Source: Moniliella sp. 'wahieum' | Taxonomy: Eukaryota | DNA length: 64,000 bases | NCBI GenBank assembly: GCA_003971905.1 | Contig: RSEE01000078.1 | Location: forward strand, 186,001-250,000 | Direction: 5' to 3' | Part shown: piece by piece, positions 13,774-24,992 of the stretch | How positions within the stretch are numbered: position 1 is the first letter of the stretch | How the letters are laid out: each line of letters opens with the position of its first letter | Made by a program: the position numbers and the translations under genes | Notes under the pieces: generated by a model | Told to the model about the DNA's origin: nothing | What the model saw: the letters and a program-made list of their open reading frames with translations, nothing else | The model's database searches: none

Positions 13774-14919
13774 TCAAGAAGAAGTGGGGGTGTTGACTTT
13801 GGTGGTCTGGTCACTGGCATCGGACTCGATGGCTACCGGGGTAGGCTCGGGCGGCACGTCTGGCGGGCTAGAGCGCGGGAGCGCATGCAACATGCCTGCC
13901 CGCCACACAAAGCTCAGTCCCATGCCTACCAGCACCGCGCCCGGGCCAGATTCGGGTCCCACGCCCCGCCCGGGGCTAGCACGGCCCGCGCCGGGCGCAG
14001 CACCCATTCTTCCAGTGGCTCCTCTCTCTGGAGCGAGGTAGTAGCGAGCCAGATCAGGCTAGCGAACAAGGCGGACCAAATATCGTGCGAGGCAACCCAG
14101 CTGGTCGCAGCTAGGAACGGGGGCGTGCTGAGCCGCCAGCCTACCGGGTGCGCCATGTTGAACGTGCCGACCAGTTGGCCGCCGCCTCCGCCGGTCAAGG
14201 CGGCGAGGAGAAAGACTAGGAGTGTTGGTGTCGTCGGCGGTAGCGAAGCTAGCGTGCCCAACACCTCCGGAACGGGTGATGGCATCAAACGGTGCCAACA
14301 GCGTATCGAGCAACGCCATGGGCAACGGCGGCTGCGAGGCATCCTTTGGGCCTCCACCGAGGGCCAAAACAAAGGAAAGCGCGAGTGAGGCAGAAGGTAG
14401 ACAAGCCAGGACCTGGAGTGAGCAGCACACTGGGCGTACCAAAGTACGGGGCGGTGATAAAGGCGCCCCCCCACGCCTACGATGTGTTGCAGAGGACCGG
14501 TCAGCCAGCGCGCCGAGCACCTCACCAAACACAACTACCACCAACGTACCATGGCCAAAAACCCAGCCACGTCGCGCTGCCACGTCCACCGCGCCTGTTC
14601 CCGGGCGGTGCGACGAGCGTAGGCACGTGCTTCGTGCTCCAGAGCGCGGCGGCTCAGCTTGGAGTTCGGGTTGAGGAGGAGCGCCGTGTCGAGGTATGTG
14701 CGTTGGAGATCGTGTTGGTACGCGGCATGTGCTTGCGCCCGCGCCGAACGCCAATTGGCACTGACCCGCAGTGCATGCAGCACGCCCAGCACGGGCACTG
14801 ATCCGCTCGGCAGCCCCAGCCCATACGCCAAGCCCAAGGCGGGAACGACGGCAGGGCAATTGGGCGGTGCGCAGGGACTGGTCCGCGGCGGCAATTTGGG
14901 CCAAGAGAGGGCTGGTCAT
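13774..14919 (-). CDS. Conserved-looking multi-pass membrane protein, TRIC-like glycine motifs
   Basis: Intron 14549..14477 (GTACGT...CTGAC...TAG) joins 'VAGFLAM|AWGGAFIT'. Further hydrophobic segments: 'LLDTLLAPFDAITRSGGV', 'LLVFLLAALTGGGGGQLVG', 'DIWSALFASLIWL'. Confidence 0.65.
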
Positions 14920-15520
14920 GGTGACAAGTAGGCACGCGGACGAAGCAGGCGCAGGCGGCGCTGGCACGGGTGGTGATGGAAAGAAAGCCACACTTCCGGG
15001 GTGCTCGCGCGTCGGGCGAATCGGCGCCCGGAATAGCGGAGCTTTCGGCACGGCTATCTATCTGAGGCCTGATGGCATCACGCCTCACTATTCTATTACT
15101 CATGTTTCTTCTGCCACCCCGGGTAGCAGCTACCCCCTCGTCTCGATCCGAACAGGCAGGCAAAGTGTTGACGCAGAATGGACAACATCTAGACAGAGCA
15201 GAAAGCAACTTGCTTCTGGTGTGCCGTGCCAGGCTGCCTCACCGATATATACGTCGGATCACATCGATCCAACCTCAAGAGAAATGGATTTTCTAGCCCA
15301 AATCAAAGCACCCAGACACAACGTGCCCAGTGTTCTCTAGCCAAACCAATAGATAGAAGGGGGAAAGGGAGCAAGGTGAAGATGAAGATGAAGCTGAAGC
15401 TAAAGCCTCACTCGAAGACCATCCCCTGAGCAGCGCCTCAGCGCTAAAAGCAAAAGGAGGATCGAACACTGAGCGTGGACCGGCAGGTTATGAGAACCGC
15501 CGCGCTTGCCCATCCAATGC

Positions 15521-17885
15521 TCATAACCTGTCCTCTGTCGACGCCCGACCTGCGTCCCAGAAGAAACGTTCAAACCAGAGCACCCGCCGCCAGACTGCTT
15601 CGCAGCGCGCCTGACGTTCGGCGAGCCGTGTCCAGGGGAACAATGGCATCCAGAAGGGAGCCCAGCTCCGTGACAAACGCCCGGAACGCACCACACGTCC
15701 AGTTTTGCACAAACAAGTCCAGCACATGTGCCGCCCCGCTCAGCTCGCCCCCGGGGTGGCCCAACGGTGGCAGCCTGTTGGCCCGAAGCGGCTGTCGTCC
15801 ACGCCTCGAGGTACAGCTTCTCCATTGCCCAGAGCAACGTCATCTGCTCCTCTGGTGAGCCGGTTTGGCCAACTTCGAGCATGTACAGGCAGTACGCTTG
15901 GGTCACAGGAGCATAGGGCGCCATGAGCGAGGTACTGTCCCCTCCCAAATCCAAATTCCAATGCGCCGCCGTATCTTCAAAAAACTGCACCTCCCGCACC
16001 ACGTTCGAGATGGCACCCGACAAAACAGCACGAATGCGCGAGCCGTAGGTGCACGTCAACGAGGTTTCCTCGGCATCTGCCAACGTAGGCAGCCGGGCCA
16101 GCATCAGGCCGGCGAAACGCAGGTACCCCACCCCGGCATAGAGCCGGTCCTGAGCCAGCCACGCCTCAATATGTTCGTTGGAAAGCGTCTTGGCCGCAGC
16201 GGCCGTCAAGAAAGGATGCGCGATCGCCGCAGTGTACGCCTCTGGCTCCAGGGCAATCAGGTGAGCCGAAAACCCACCTACTGCCACCGGCGCGGCGGCA
16301 CCGGGAGCATCGCCGGTCCCGTAGGGACGATCCGGTCGGGTGGGGAACCAACGTTCGGGGGCGAGGGTCGGAACAGACGACGAGTAGTCCTCTGACCGTC
16401 TTGGGGCCGACGAGGGCGAGGCAGCATGCCCCACGCGATATACAGGATCGGGATGGGCGGATGAGCGAGCGTAGGCAGGGTGATGCGTGAGCTGGGCTTG
16501 GGGGTCAACTTGAGACTCGTGCGAGTGCTGGTATCGGTGCGGCGGACCCAGTTGCGGAGGTGGTGTGGGGATGGAGCTGGTGCGGTGGCTGGAGCGAGTG
16601 CGAGTGTAAGCTCGAAGTCGAGTGGGAGTGCGGATGGGAGTGCGAATGAGGGTGGTGAGAATGGGAGTGCGGAGTGAGAGCGCGAATGGGAGTGCGGATG
16701 TGGGTGCGAGTGGGAGTGGGGTGGAGGGGGAGGGCGAGACGGGTGAGTCGGGTGGTAAGACAACGGTCCATGAGATGTATGCGGGGCAGTGCTGCGCTGC
16801 CCAAGGGTGAGGTGGGGCGGTACAAAAGGGATGGTTTGGTGTCTTGTGTGCCCGGTTCATGTACAGGCGCGGAAGATGGTGCGTGGGGAGATTCGCCAAA
16901 GGAGCCATAGTCATATGCAGAAGGCGGGATCCGACGCTCGTACCCCATTGCCGGCTGGCTCAGGGGGTACTCTTCCCGCTTGTATGGGACACGGGCACCC
17001 CCACATCCGGCTCGAGGGGCAAAAGGTTGGGCACCCCAGGGGAAGGCGGGGTGGGAGAAAACCCAGACACCGGGGTGGAAGAGAGACCAGTAAAAGGCGG
17101 CGCGGTCACGATGGGAGTCGCATCGGGCGCGAGAGGCGCATGTCCCAGGCCCGATGCGGAGCCCAGGCCTGATGGAGCGGAGCCAGATCCAGATCCGGAT
17201 GCGTAGCTAGGGAGTGGAGCTTGGGGTCGGGATCTAGATCTTCAGCCTGCAACCCAGTTGCGACATACTTGTGCCATGTGTCGAACCAGAGAGGCAACCG
17301 TTTGGTTTCATTACTGCTCATCCCGCCTGAGGGGGAGGGATCCGAGGCGAGGCAGAGGCCGAGTTGGGAGAAGTTGACGCAGGCGGGGCAGATGGACAGA
17401 TTTAGTCAGGTCAAAGGGGGAAGAGGGAGAAGCCTCTGTTGGGTCGACACGGAGGAATACTGCGGCTGCCGGATCGTCCTTGTCGCCCTCAGGCTTATGA
17501 GCTGAAGAGGCTGTACCACTTTTTCAAAGTGGTGATGCGCGAGCGCACTGCCGACGCAGAAAAGGGGACCGAGGTGCCAGAGGCAAGCTCGCCCAGACGC
17601 TGTACATGGCACGATTGGAATTGCGAAACTGGGGGCGGCCAGCAGCATGGCGGGCGCGCTTGAGAACGCGGGAGCCGTCATCGGTCTCGTCGTGCTCGTC
17701 GTGTTCGACAGAAAGGTTGGGGTCGTCGGGAGGTGGGTTGTCGGCGGGGTGCGAGAAGGATAGACGATCTGCTGGACGAGATGGGGGTCGGAAGCGAGTG
17801 CGCGGACGAGGCGCAGGTCGTCGTGCGGGGTCCAGCGGCGGTTGATGCGCTTTTTGGCCAGCGACGCGGGCGGGGGAGAGGCCAT
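15521..17885 (-). CDS. TenA/THI-4/PQQC (TenA_E, Pet18-like) domain protein, probably with an N-terminal Myb/SANT-like domain
   Basis: TenA domain at ~16280-15521: 'HPFL..AAAKTL...WLAQDRLY', 'REVQFF', 'LLWAMEKLYLEAW', 'FVQNWT..AF', 'FERFFW'. The upstream part (17885-~17260) has Myb/SANT-like motifs. Joining the two into one gene is an inference because of frameshifts. Confidence 0.7.
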
Positions 17886-19410
17886 GGCGCGGCAGCCCAA
17901 GCGGGGCGGGGCGCGGATGGGGTGGCGGGGGTGAGGGGGGGGCGGGGGGCGGGGAGCAGGCGAGGAAGGACGCAGGAACTAGGACGCGGGGACTCGGACG
18001 CACACTCGGAAGCCGCAACTAGGAAACGCCAGAGAGACGAAAATTTAGGAGCCGAGCGGCGGAGCGTTGTCGAGAGTGTGCAGCAGGCCAGCCAGGCCAG
18101 CCCACGGCCGGTGGGCGCACAGCCCACCAGCTGCGCTGTCCGCTGAGCCACTGAACGTTCAAACAACTAGTTGAACGTTCAAGCCTAGTGCTCGCCAACG
18201 CTCGTCGGGTTTCGGCGGCGAAGGCCGGTTAAAACGTCAGGCTCAGGATGGCATCGATCAGCAATCAAAGCTCCGGCGCGCAGGCACTCGGGCGCTCAGC
18301 CGCTCAGGCACGCCAGCCCGTCCCACGGAGCATTCGCCATGCTCGACAATCGATGCGATAAAGGCTGGAAGCTGGCTGGGTGGCGGATGACTCAGTTCCC
18401 AGTGTACTCAGTCTGAATTCCCAGCACCGAACGGTAGCCAGTGTCAGCATCAGCATCCGCATCAGCATCATCGTCAGCGTCCGGCTCAGACTCAGGGCGT
18501 GCGGCCCCTCCCGCTGCCTCGGCCTGGTTGTTCCAAACTAGTTCCGTCGTGTACGATGGCAATCATGCATCCGTTGCTAGCGCGTTACCGAGCTCAGTAC
18601 CTAGGACCTAGGACTGAGACTGCGTATAGCGGGCAGTGCAGGCAGGCAGTGCCGCCCTGGTCGCATTTCCAATTTCACACACGCCCAATGCTGAAGTACA
18701 TGCACTATCGATAATCGTAATCGATAATCGTTACGCGTTACACGCTACACGTTGCTCAGGCATCCTTCACAGACAAGGACGCACCCGGCCCCTTTCCCCT
18801 TCCCTTCGTGGCGGATGAGATCGATGAGAGCGTATGGGACGGCGTGCCTGGCATACCAGCCAGGGTGAACGTGAACGTTGAAGGTTGAACGTTGAACGTT
18901 GAACCCCCCATCTGAACGTCGCTAAGGCGCCGAGGCGCCGAGATCTAAGAGGCTGAATAGTGAGTGAATGCCAGAGGCGTCTGCGCAGTGCTGGTTCCTA
19001 GTTGCTTGGTGCCAGGCAGCGTGAACCAATGGCAGGCGCCATGTGATGTATGCTGTGCCACGTGTGACAAGTCATGTGACTAGGGCCTTGCGCTCGCTGC
19101 GCGCAGCCGCTCGGGTAAACCCCGGTGCGGGCAGCTGCTGTGCTGCGGTGGTGGTGGAGCCCGGTGGAGACGGTGGAGCCCGGTGGAGACTGGCGGAGGC
19201 CGTCTGCTGAGCTCAGCACAACACGTGACCGGTGACCGGGGGCCCGCGGAACCCCCGGGGCGGAATGCGTTGCACCGGCCGGTGCGTTTCGGCTGGCGGT
19301 GGTGGTTTTTTTCGGGGCGACAAGTCGGCGCGGATGGGCGCCGGCTGGCCCGTGTCGCTGTCGTCCGCCTGCCCTCCGCCACGACCGCCCGCGCCCCGCC
19401 CGCCCCCACC

Positions 19411-21087
19411 ATGGCGCTCCCCCACTTCTACGCCCACGTCCACACCGCCACCCCCGTCGTCCTCTGCGGGCGGCCAGCTCTACCCCCTCTGCGACCCCGC
19501 CGCCGACCCCGTGCGCCACAGCCCGAGGGCGTCAAGGCGCTCCTCCCCGTCGCCAATGTGCCCCAGGTGGCGCATGTGCTCCAGCTCATCGTCCGCATCG
19601 GCCCCTCCACCCTCGTCTCGCCCCCAAGGCCCAGCACGACGCCATCACCCGTTCCCTCCAGCAGCTCCTCCTCTGCCCCCCCGACTCTTTCCAGCCCTCC
19701 ATCCCCATCCGCTGCCGCTCCGACCCCGGCTTGCCGCCCACTGGCCTTTCTGCCGCCGGGTACCAGCCCCCCGTAGCCGCCGGCGACCCGTCGCTGGACG
19801 AGGAAGCCCAGGCCAGTCCAGACGATGCCAACGCCTTCCTCGTGCACCTCTTTCCCCTCGGCCCGGACGACAAGTCGCGCGCCGGCGGAACGAGGAGGTG
19901 AGCAGCACCCGCCCGCCCGGCACGGCCCAATTACTTACCTGGCTCGACAGGGCAAGCTGCCGTCCAACCCGTTGGTGCTTCCGTGCGACCTGATTGCTCC
20001 GCTTCCCGCTCGAATCGGTGCTTCAAGCGAGCCTGCGGACCGACAAGCCTACCTCCTCCCCCTCGGTCTCCGCGTTGCTCTATGCGCCGCAGCAAACCCG
20101 ATGGCCTGTCGCGCGAGCGAGAAAAAGACAACCCACCTCGTGGGCTGTACGCATACCCCTCTCGTGAGCTCGCCAAGACCACGCTGCCGATGGCATTCCA
20201 AGATGGCGCGCGGGCGGGGTGCACCAGCTGCTCTTGGCCAAGGACAGTACAGTGTTGGAGGAGGACGAGGTACGGTTGACGATGGCCTGGTCGAGGGCGC
20301 GGAACACGATCGGGTGCGAGTGAGCAACGCACTGTGGATGCGCATGTCTACTTTCTCAACCGGAGCGTCGTTTTGCCGCTGCTGGAACGGAAGCGCATGC
20401 TCACCTCGCTACGCGAACATGTCTTGCCTAACCTGGCTCGGGCTGGGTGGCAGAGCGCCTTGGCCGACAAACTCGGCATGCTCGCGCTGGATGACGATGC
20501 CAACTCGGACCTGGACGCGCAGGAGCACGAGTCGATGCACGAGTGGACGCCACAGAACGCATACGGTGGCCGTGGCATTGATTGCGCGCCCGCCCCCCCC
20601 GGTCGCCGAAACGGAAAAGGAAGAGCAGGAAAAAGTGCTGCCTAGCTCGTTTCTCCTACGCGGCAATACGTTGCCTACCTACATTGAAGTCAACCGCTTC
20701 ATCCTCCGCAACTTGGGGAAAACAATGCTGCCGCTGCCGGGATGGGTCGAGGATGAGGGGAAACCGAGTCCAGCCCAGGCCAAGGCCGATCGCACCATGG
20801 TCTCCCCCGACAGCCTTGTTTCGCCCCGTGCTACCCTGGGCGAACGCACCTGGTCAAGCGGTCCGTGATTGGAGCCGGGGCGGTGGTAGGCAAGCATGCT
20901 CGTGACCGGCTGCGTTGTGGCTGATGGTGCTGTCGTTGGGGCCGGTGCCAGCTGGAGAGCTGTGGATCGGCATCAATGCCAAGGTCGGAGATCGGTGCAC
21001 GCTGAAGGATTGTGATGGGGGCCCGGGGCCGAGCTGGAAGCCGAGACACATGGCAAGAACGAAAAGTACTCGAAGAACGACGATTAG
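19411..21087 (+). CDS. GCD1: Translation initiation factor eIF2B gamma subunit
   Basis: Nucleotidyl-transferase-like N-terminus 'VVLCG...QLYPL...KALLPVANVP'; 'LVLPCDL'; 'DAHVYFLNR'; 'RGNTLPTYIEVNR'; C-terminal hexapeptide (left-handed beta-helix) repeats 'VKRSVIGAGAVVG...NAKVGDRCTLKDC'. Confidence 0.88.
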
Positions 21088-21746
21088 GAGAAGGAAAATC
21101 CCATCTTTAACCCCCTATGCTGAACGTCTGAACTTCATGCCTACTTCTCCAAGACGCGACAGAAGAGAACTGGTGGGACCCGTCTGTAAAAAAAGTCTCA
21201 TTGCACATGTGCCAGTGGCTTGCCTCCCTTCGTCATCATGCACCCCCCACCACCATCCCCGCCATTGCGGCAGCCTCAATTGGACAGGTGAGCAAAACCC
21301 TGGCTTAGAGGCAAAAGTCTGAAGGTGGGCTCGCTCACTCCCGGGGGTATATTGCTACTATAGGAAAGCGGGGTGTGGGGGTCGCGGGCGTAAAGTATTG
21401 CCCAGCATAGCATATCTATACTCTTGCCAAGGTTTAACAGCATTCAAAGCGCGATGATCCAGGAGGAGCTGCTGACCCGGACCGTACGAGCCGCTGTTCC
21501 CGACTGTCAATGATGATAATGACTGAGCGATACCGTTGCGTTTATCCTGGACAAAAACGTCGTGTTCGCAGTGGAGACCAAAATCGCTCGTGTCCATAGA
21601 CTATCTCAAGAGCGGCGGCAAGTGCCCTGCTCTGCGACATCACTCTCTGGGTTCACACTCTGGCCCATTAGCGATTGGGGTAGGAGAGTTGAGAACCAGC
21701 TCAGCATTGCGCGCGAGAATGCTGAGAGGGGAGAGGAGGGAGAATA

Positions 21747-23435
21747 TCAACAACATTGGACGAGAGTTGGGCGAGGGCTAAAAGAGAACAGGATGTGGAT
21801 GAGAGCTGATATACATATGTTTTGAGGGTAATCGCCGCCACAATGCGAGCCAAGACCGAGCCATCCAAGAAAGTGAGCAACGGAGCAATGGGAAAGCCGT
21901 TGGTTCAGCGGAATCGAGCAAGTGCGGGCCAGACCGAGACGTGCGACGCAAGCGAATCTCACCTGTCGGGGGATTTCCGCCGTCTGAACAGTTCCTTTGT
22001 CTGAGACACGACCAAGCGTCGCCAGAGAGCTGCTACGGGCCACCGCGCTCATGCTTAGTGTGACATCGGAGCGTAACAAAAGGTAGACGGTAGGAACGAG
22101 TCGGGTTGTCTTTAGGTCGGGGAAGCAACTCTGGGGCAGCTGCCGGGACGGGGGGATCAATGGTGTGGAAACGATCTTTCCAAGCAGCCGCATCATTCTC
22201 GGCCCTGTCGACCACATCGGGCATGCGCACATTGCCGCCCAACGGAACAAACGCAGGGGAGCAAGTGTGACCTTTGCTCAACATTTGCAGGGAGGCTTGT
22301 TGAGTCATGCGTGCCACGCCATCTCATGTTCCATCTGGACGAGCATTTTGGCAAGCGCCCCTGTGGCGCGGGTAGGGGTGGTGGGCGTGGTCCACTCCCG
22401 CACCGGCAAAATAGAACTAGAGGAGCTGGTGTTGGAAGCGCTGCGAGATCGGCCAACGGGAGCGGCTCTAACGTGTGCGAGGGTGGAAAAGATTGGGCGC
22501 ATCCGTCCCCATGAGTTGCGTTGGCTGGTGGATTCTTGACCGCGCCCGAGAAGAGGAGAGCGATGGACTCCTGCCGGTTCGGATGTACGAGTTGATCCCA
22601 CCCAGGCGCTCGGAACCAGTCACATCAACACTGGCAGATCGAGGTCGAGTGGGGTCAAGGTGCCAGGTCCCACCGTGATGCTCAAAGGGCGGGAAAATGG
22701 TCTCGATGCTTTTACGTGCGCTGGAAGCGATACGATCTTGTGTGCTATGGTACGTTTCCCTCGCAGGAGACGGCCAACGATCACCATCAGAAAGTTCCTT
22801 GAAAGGTTCGGCGAATCGAGGGGATTGGCTACTGGATCGGGGAGCGGCAAGGGCGTTAGACATAACGCATTTGGCTAGGTCGGAATGCTGATCCTGTTGG
22901 AGGGAAGGTTTGCGTAAAACGAGGTACCTGGGGGCCTTGGGCGGGGTCCTTTGGGCACTTGCAGACGAGGCTGCGGATCCACAGCGGCCAGCGTGATCCA
23001 GATGGGAAAAGGACAGAACTGACTTCTCGTCCGAGAGCTGGGCGGTACTGTTGGACGACTTGGAAGAGGCGCTGGATAATCTGGAAACAGAGAAGCGGCG
23101 CATCCCACTTGTCCCACTCTCCATTTCGTTCCCCACCATGGCCCCAGATGTGAGTGTGTAGGAATCCATAGTGGGGGTCGGGTGGGAGTGGTACGAAGCG
23201 GAAGACGGAGGGATGGTCTCCGCAGTCGTGCTCGTCACGGGGAAATGGGCACGGGTTGAAAGCGCGGAGGATGAGACGCAGAGGGTGAGGCGGGAGTTGG
23301 AGCGGGCGCATGTTGGCGGGGAGGCCGGTGTATGTCGGGGCGACCTATGGCCTCCATCTCGGCACAAATGGCGCTCCAGTTGCGCTCTTGGAGTTGGCTG
23401 CTGGAGGCGGCATGGTTGCGGCGGAACTTGACCAT
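21747..23435 (-). CDS. Ser-rich hypothetical protein (frameshifted; ends uncertain)
   Basis: ATG at 23435 (MVKFRRNH...) with a long protein-like stretch 'MDSYTLTSG...RRFSVSRLSSASSKSS...RSASVDV' in ORF 22468..24066 and adjoining minus-strand ORFs. No domain recognised. Confidence 0.5.
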
Positions 23436-24170
23436 GGCGAGGGTGTTGGTGGGGATGGGGCAGAAGCGCGAGGGGGCTGGAGAAGGGGCGCGGGAGAAAA
23501 GGGCAGCGGAGAGGGGTGTTGGGCTTTTGGCACGGGTGGGGAAGACGCAGGGACGCACCGGCCACCATTCCGAAATCAGCAACACACTCTAAAATGCTTG
23601 CACTAATGCCGAGGACGAATATAAAACTGCGACTTTCAGCTGTGATTTCCCGGCTGCGGGGCCATTTCCCACAGCAAAATGCGGGGTCCAGGAGCTGCGG
23701 GAGGGCAGCAGCGCCGAGGAGTGGCCTACTGCCGCACATGCGGGGTGGATACGGGATGCCGGATTGCTGCGTGTGGGGTGCGTGCAGCAGCCATAGTCGA
23801 TAGTCGACAGGCCGCCGTATTAGGTGGTGGAAGTTACGAATCCACCACCAAACCCGGCAGTATGGTGTTGGTGGATCTGAGCAGATGACCAGACGTGCTT
23901 CGTCCCATTGCCCACCCACGCAAGACCTAAGACCGCCTCTCGCGCGCTCCCATGGTGCGTTTTCACCGCCACGTGGGTGACAGGCACAATAGGTGTTCGC
24001 GCCAGCAACATTCAACTGAATCGCGAGGTGTTGCTGAGCCTCAGCGCTGAGCCTGGCAGGAATCAATTAATGAACCCCCCAAGCTCGCTGCGCGTGGGAG
24101 TGGTCTGTGCGTGTGATGGAAGAAGTATAGTGAGTAGCATGCTATACCAGCCTGAGACGCTGATGATGCA

Positions 24171-24344
24171 GATGATGAAACCTGGATTCCTGCTGGTCCT
24201 CGAGTGTAATGCATAATGCAAAACCGCACTAGTGGGGATGGTGAGGTGTAAGATGTAAGATGTAAGCGCTAAGCGAAGCCGGCCAACCACACCTGTAGAA
24301 AACGGAAGCGAGAAAACAACGGAACTCCTACGCCTCAGAGGAGG
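24171..24344 (+). repeat. Diverged dispersed repeat, homologous to 44451-44634 (minus strand)
   Basis: Shared colinear blocks TGGTCCTCGAG, CGCACT, CTAAGC[GC]AAGC and GAGAAAA(A)CAACGGAACTCCTA[CG]GCCT. Confidence 0.7.
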
Positions 24345-24451
24345 GACGTTGAGTTAAACGTTAATGTGCTTTGGCATGTTGAACGTTCAGCTGAACGTTG
24401 AAGCTTTGAACGGTGGATATTGAAAGTTGCAAGCAATTGTAAATGGACGTT

Positions 24452-24508
24452 GCAACCCTAGCATACAGAAAAATGCTGCGGCCAGTTTCCGGGAGCTAAT
24501 AGGGTTGC
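24452..24508. promoter_or_regulatory. Inverted pair of GCAACCCTA (telobox-like) motifs upstream of RPL43
   Basis: GCAACCCTA at 24452-24460 and TAGGGTTGC at 24500-24508, ~90-140 nt before the ATG. AACCCTA-type boxes are known in ribosomal-protein promoters of other eukaryotes. Confidence 0.35.
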
Positions 24509-24594
24509 TTCCGCCTCCCCCGCCTCACCCACCTTCGTGCCCGCTCGTCCGCCTTTGGCTTCTACACCTGGGTCATTTCGTCAAGTCGTAAACA

Positions 24595-24992
24595 ATGGTG
24601 AGTCCGGCTCCGTTGGCGGCGTGGTCCTGTTCATATCCCACCCCAGTGGATTCAACGGAGCATGCACGACGCCCCACTGGAAATGCTGGATTGGTTTACT
24701 AATCCTCCTCCCTGCAGTCCAAGCGCACGACCAAGGTAGGGATCACCGGCAAGTACGGTACCCGTTACGGCTCCCCCTGCGTCGCCAGGTGAAGAAGATT
24801 GAGATCTCGCAGCACGCTCGGTACACTTGCGCTTTCTGCGGCAAGGACGCTGTCAAGCGCCGTGCTGTGGGCATCTGGGACTGCCGTGCCTGCAAGAAGC
24901 AGGTGGCTGGCGGTGCTTGGGCTCTGTCCACGACCGCTGCTGCTACCGTTCGCAGCACTATTCGCCGTCTGCGTGAACTTTCGGATGCCTAA
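24595..24992 (+). CDS. RPL43: 60S ribosomal protein eL43 (L43/L37a)
   Basis: ATG-only first exon 24595-24597, intron 24598..24717, then '[57 protein letters not shown]...AGGAW...[11 protein letters not shown]'. One base is missing near 24772. Confidence 0.97.

Noticed and set aside
24160..24185. CTGATGA...GAAAC hammerhead-like core or C/D snoRNA box
   Set aside because: The sequence between the motifs cannot form stem II, and no convincing terminal stem or guide was seen.
24760..24790. Programmed ribosomal frameshifting or pseudogenisation of RPL43 and other genes
   Set aside because: Indels are scattered through nearly all genes without slippery-site context, so assembly error is far more parsimonious.
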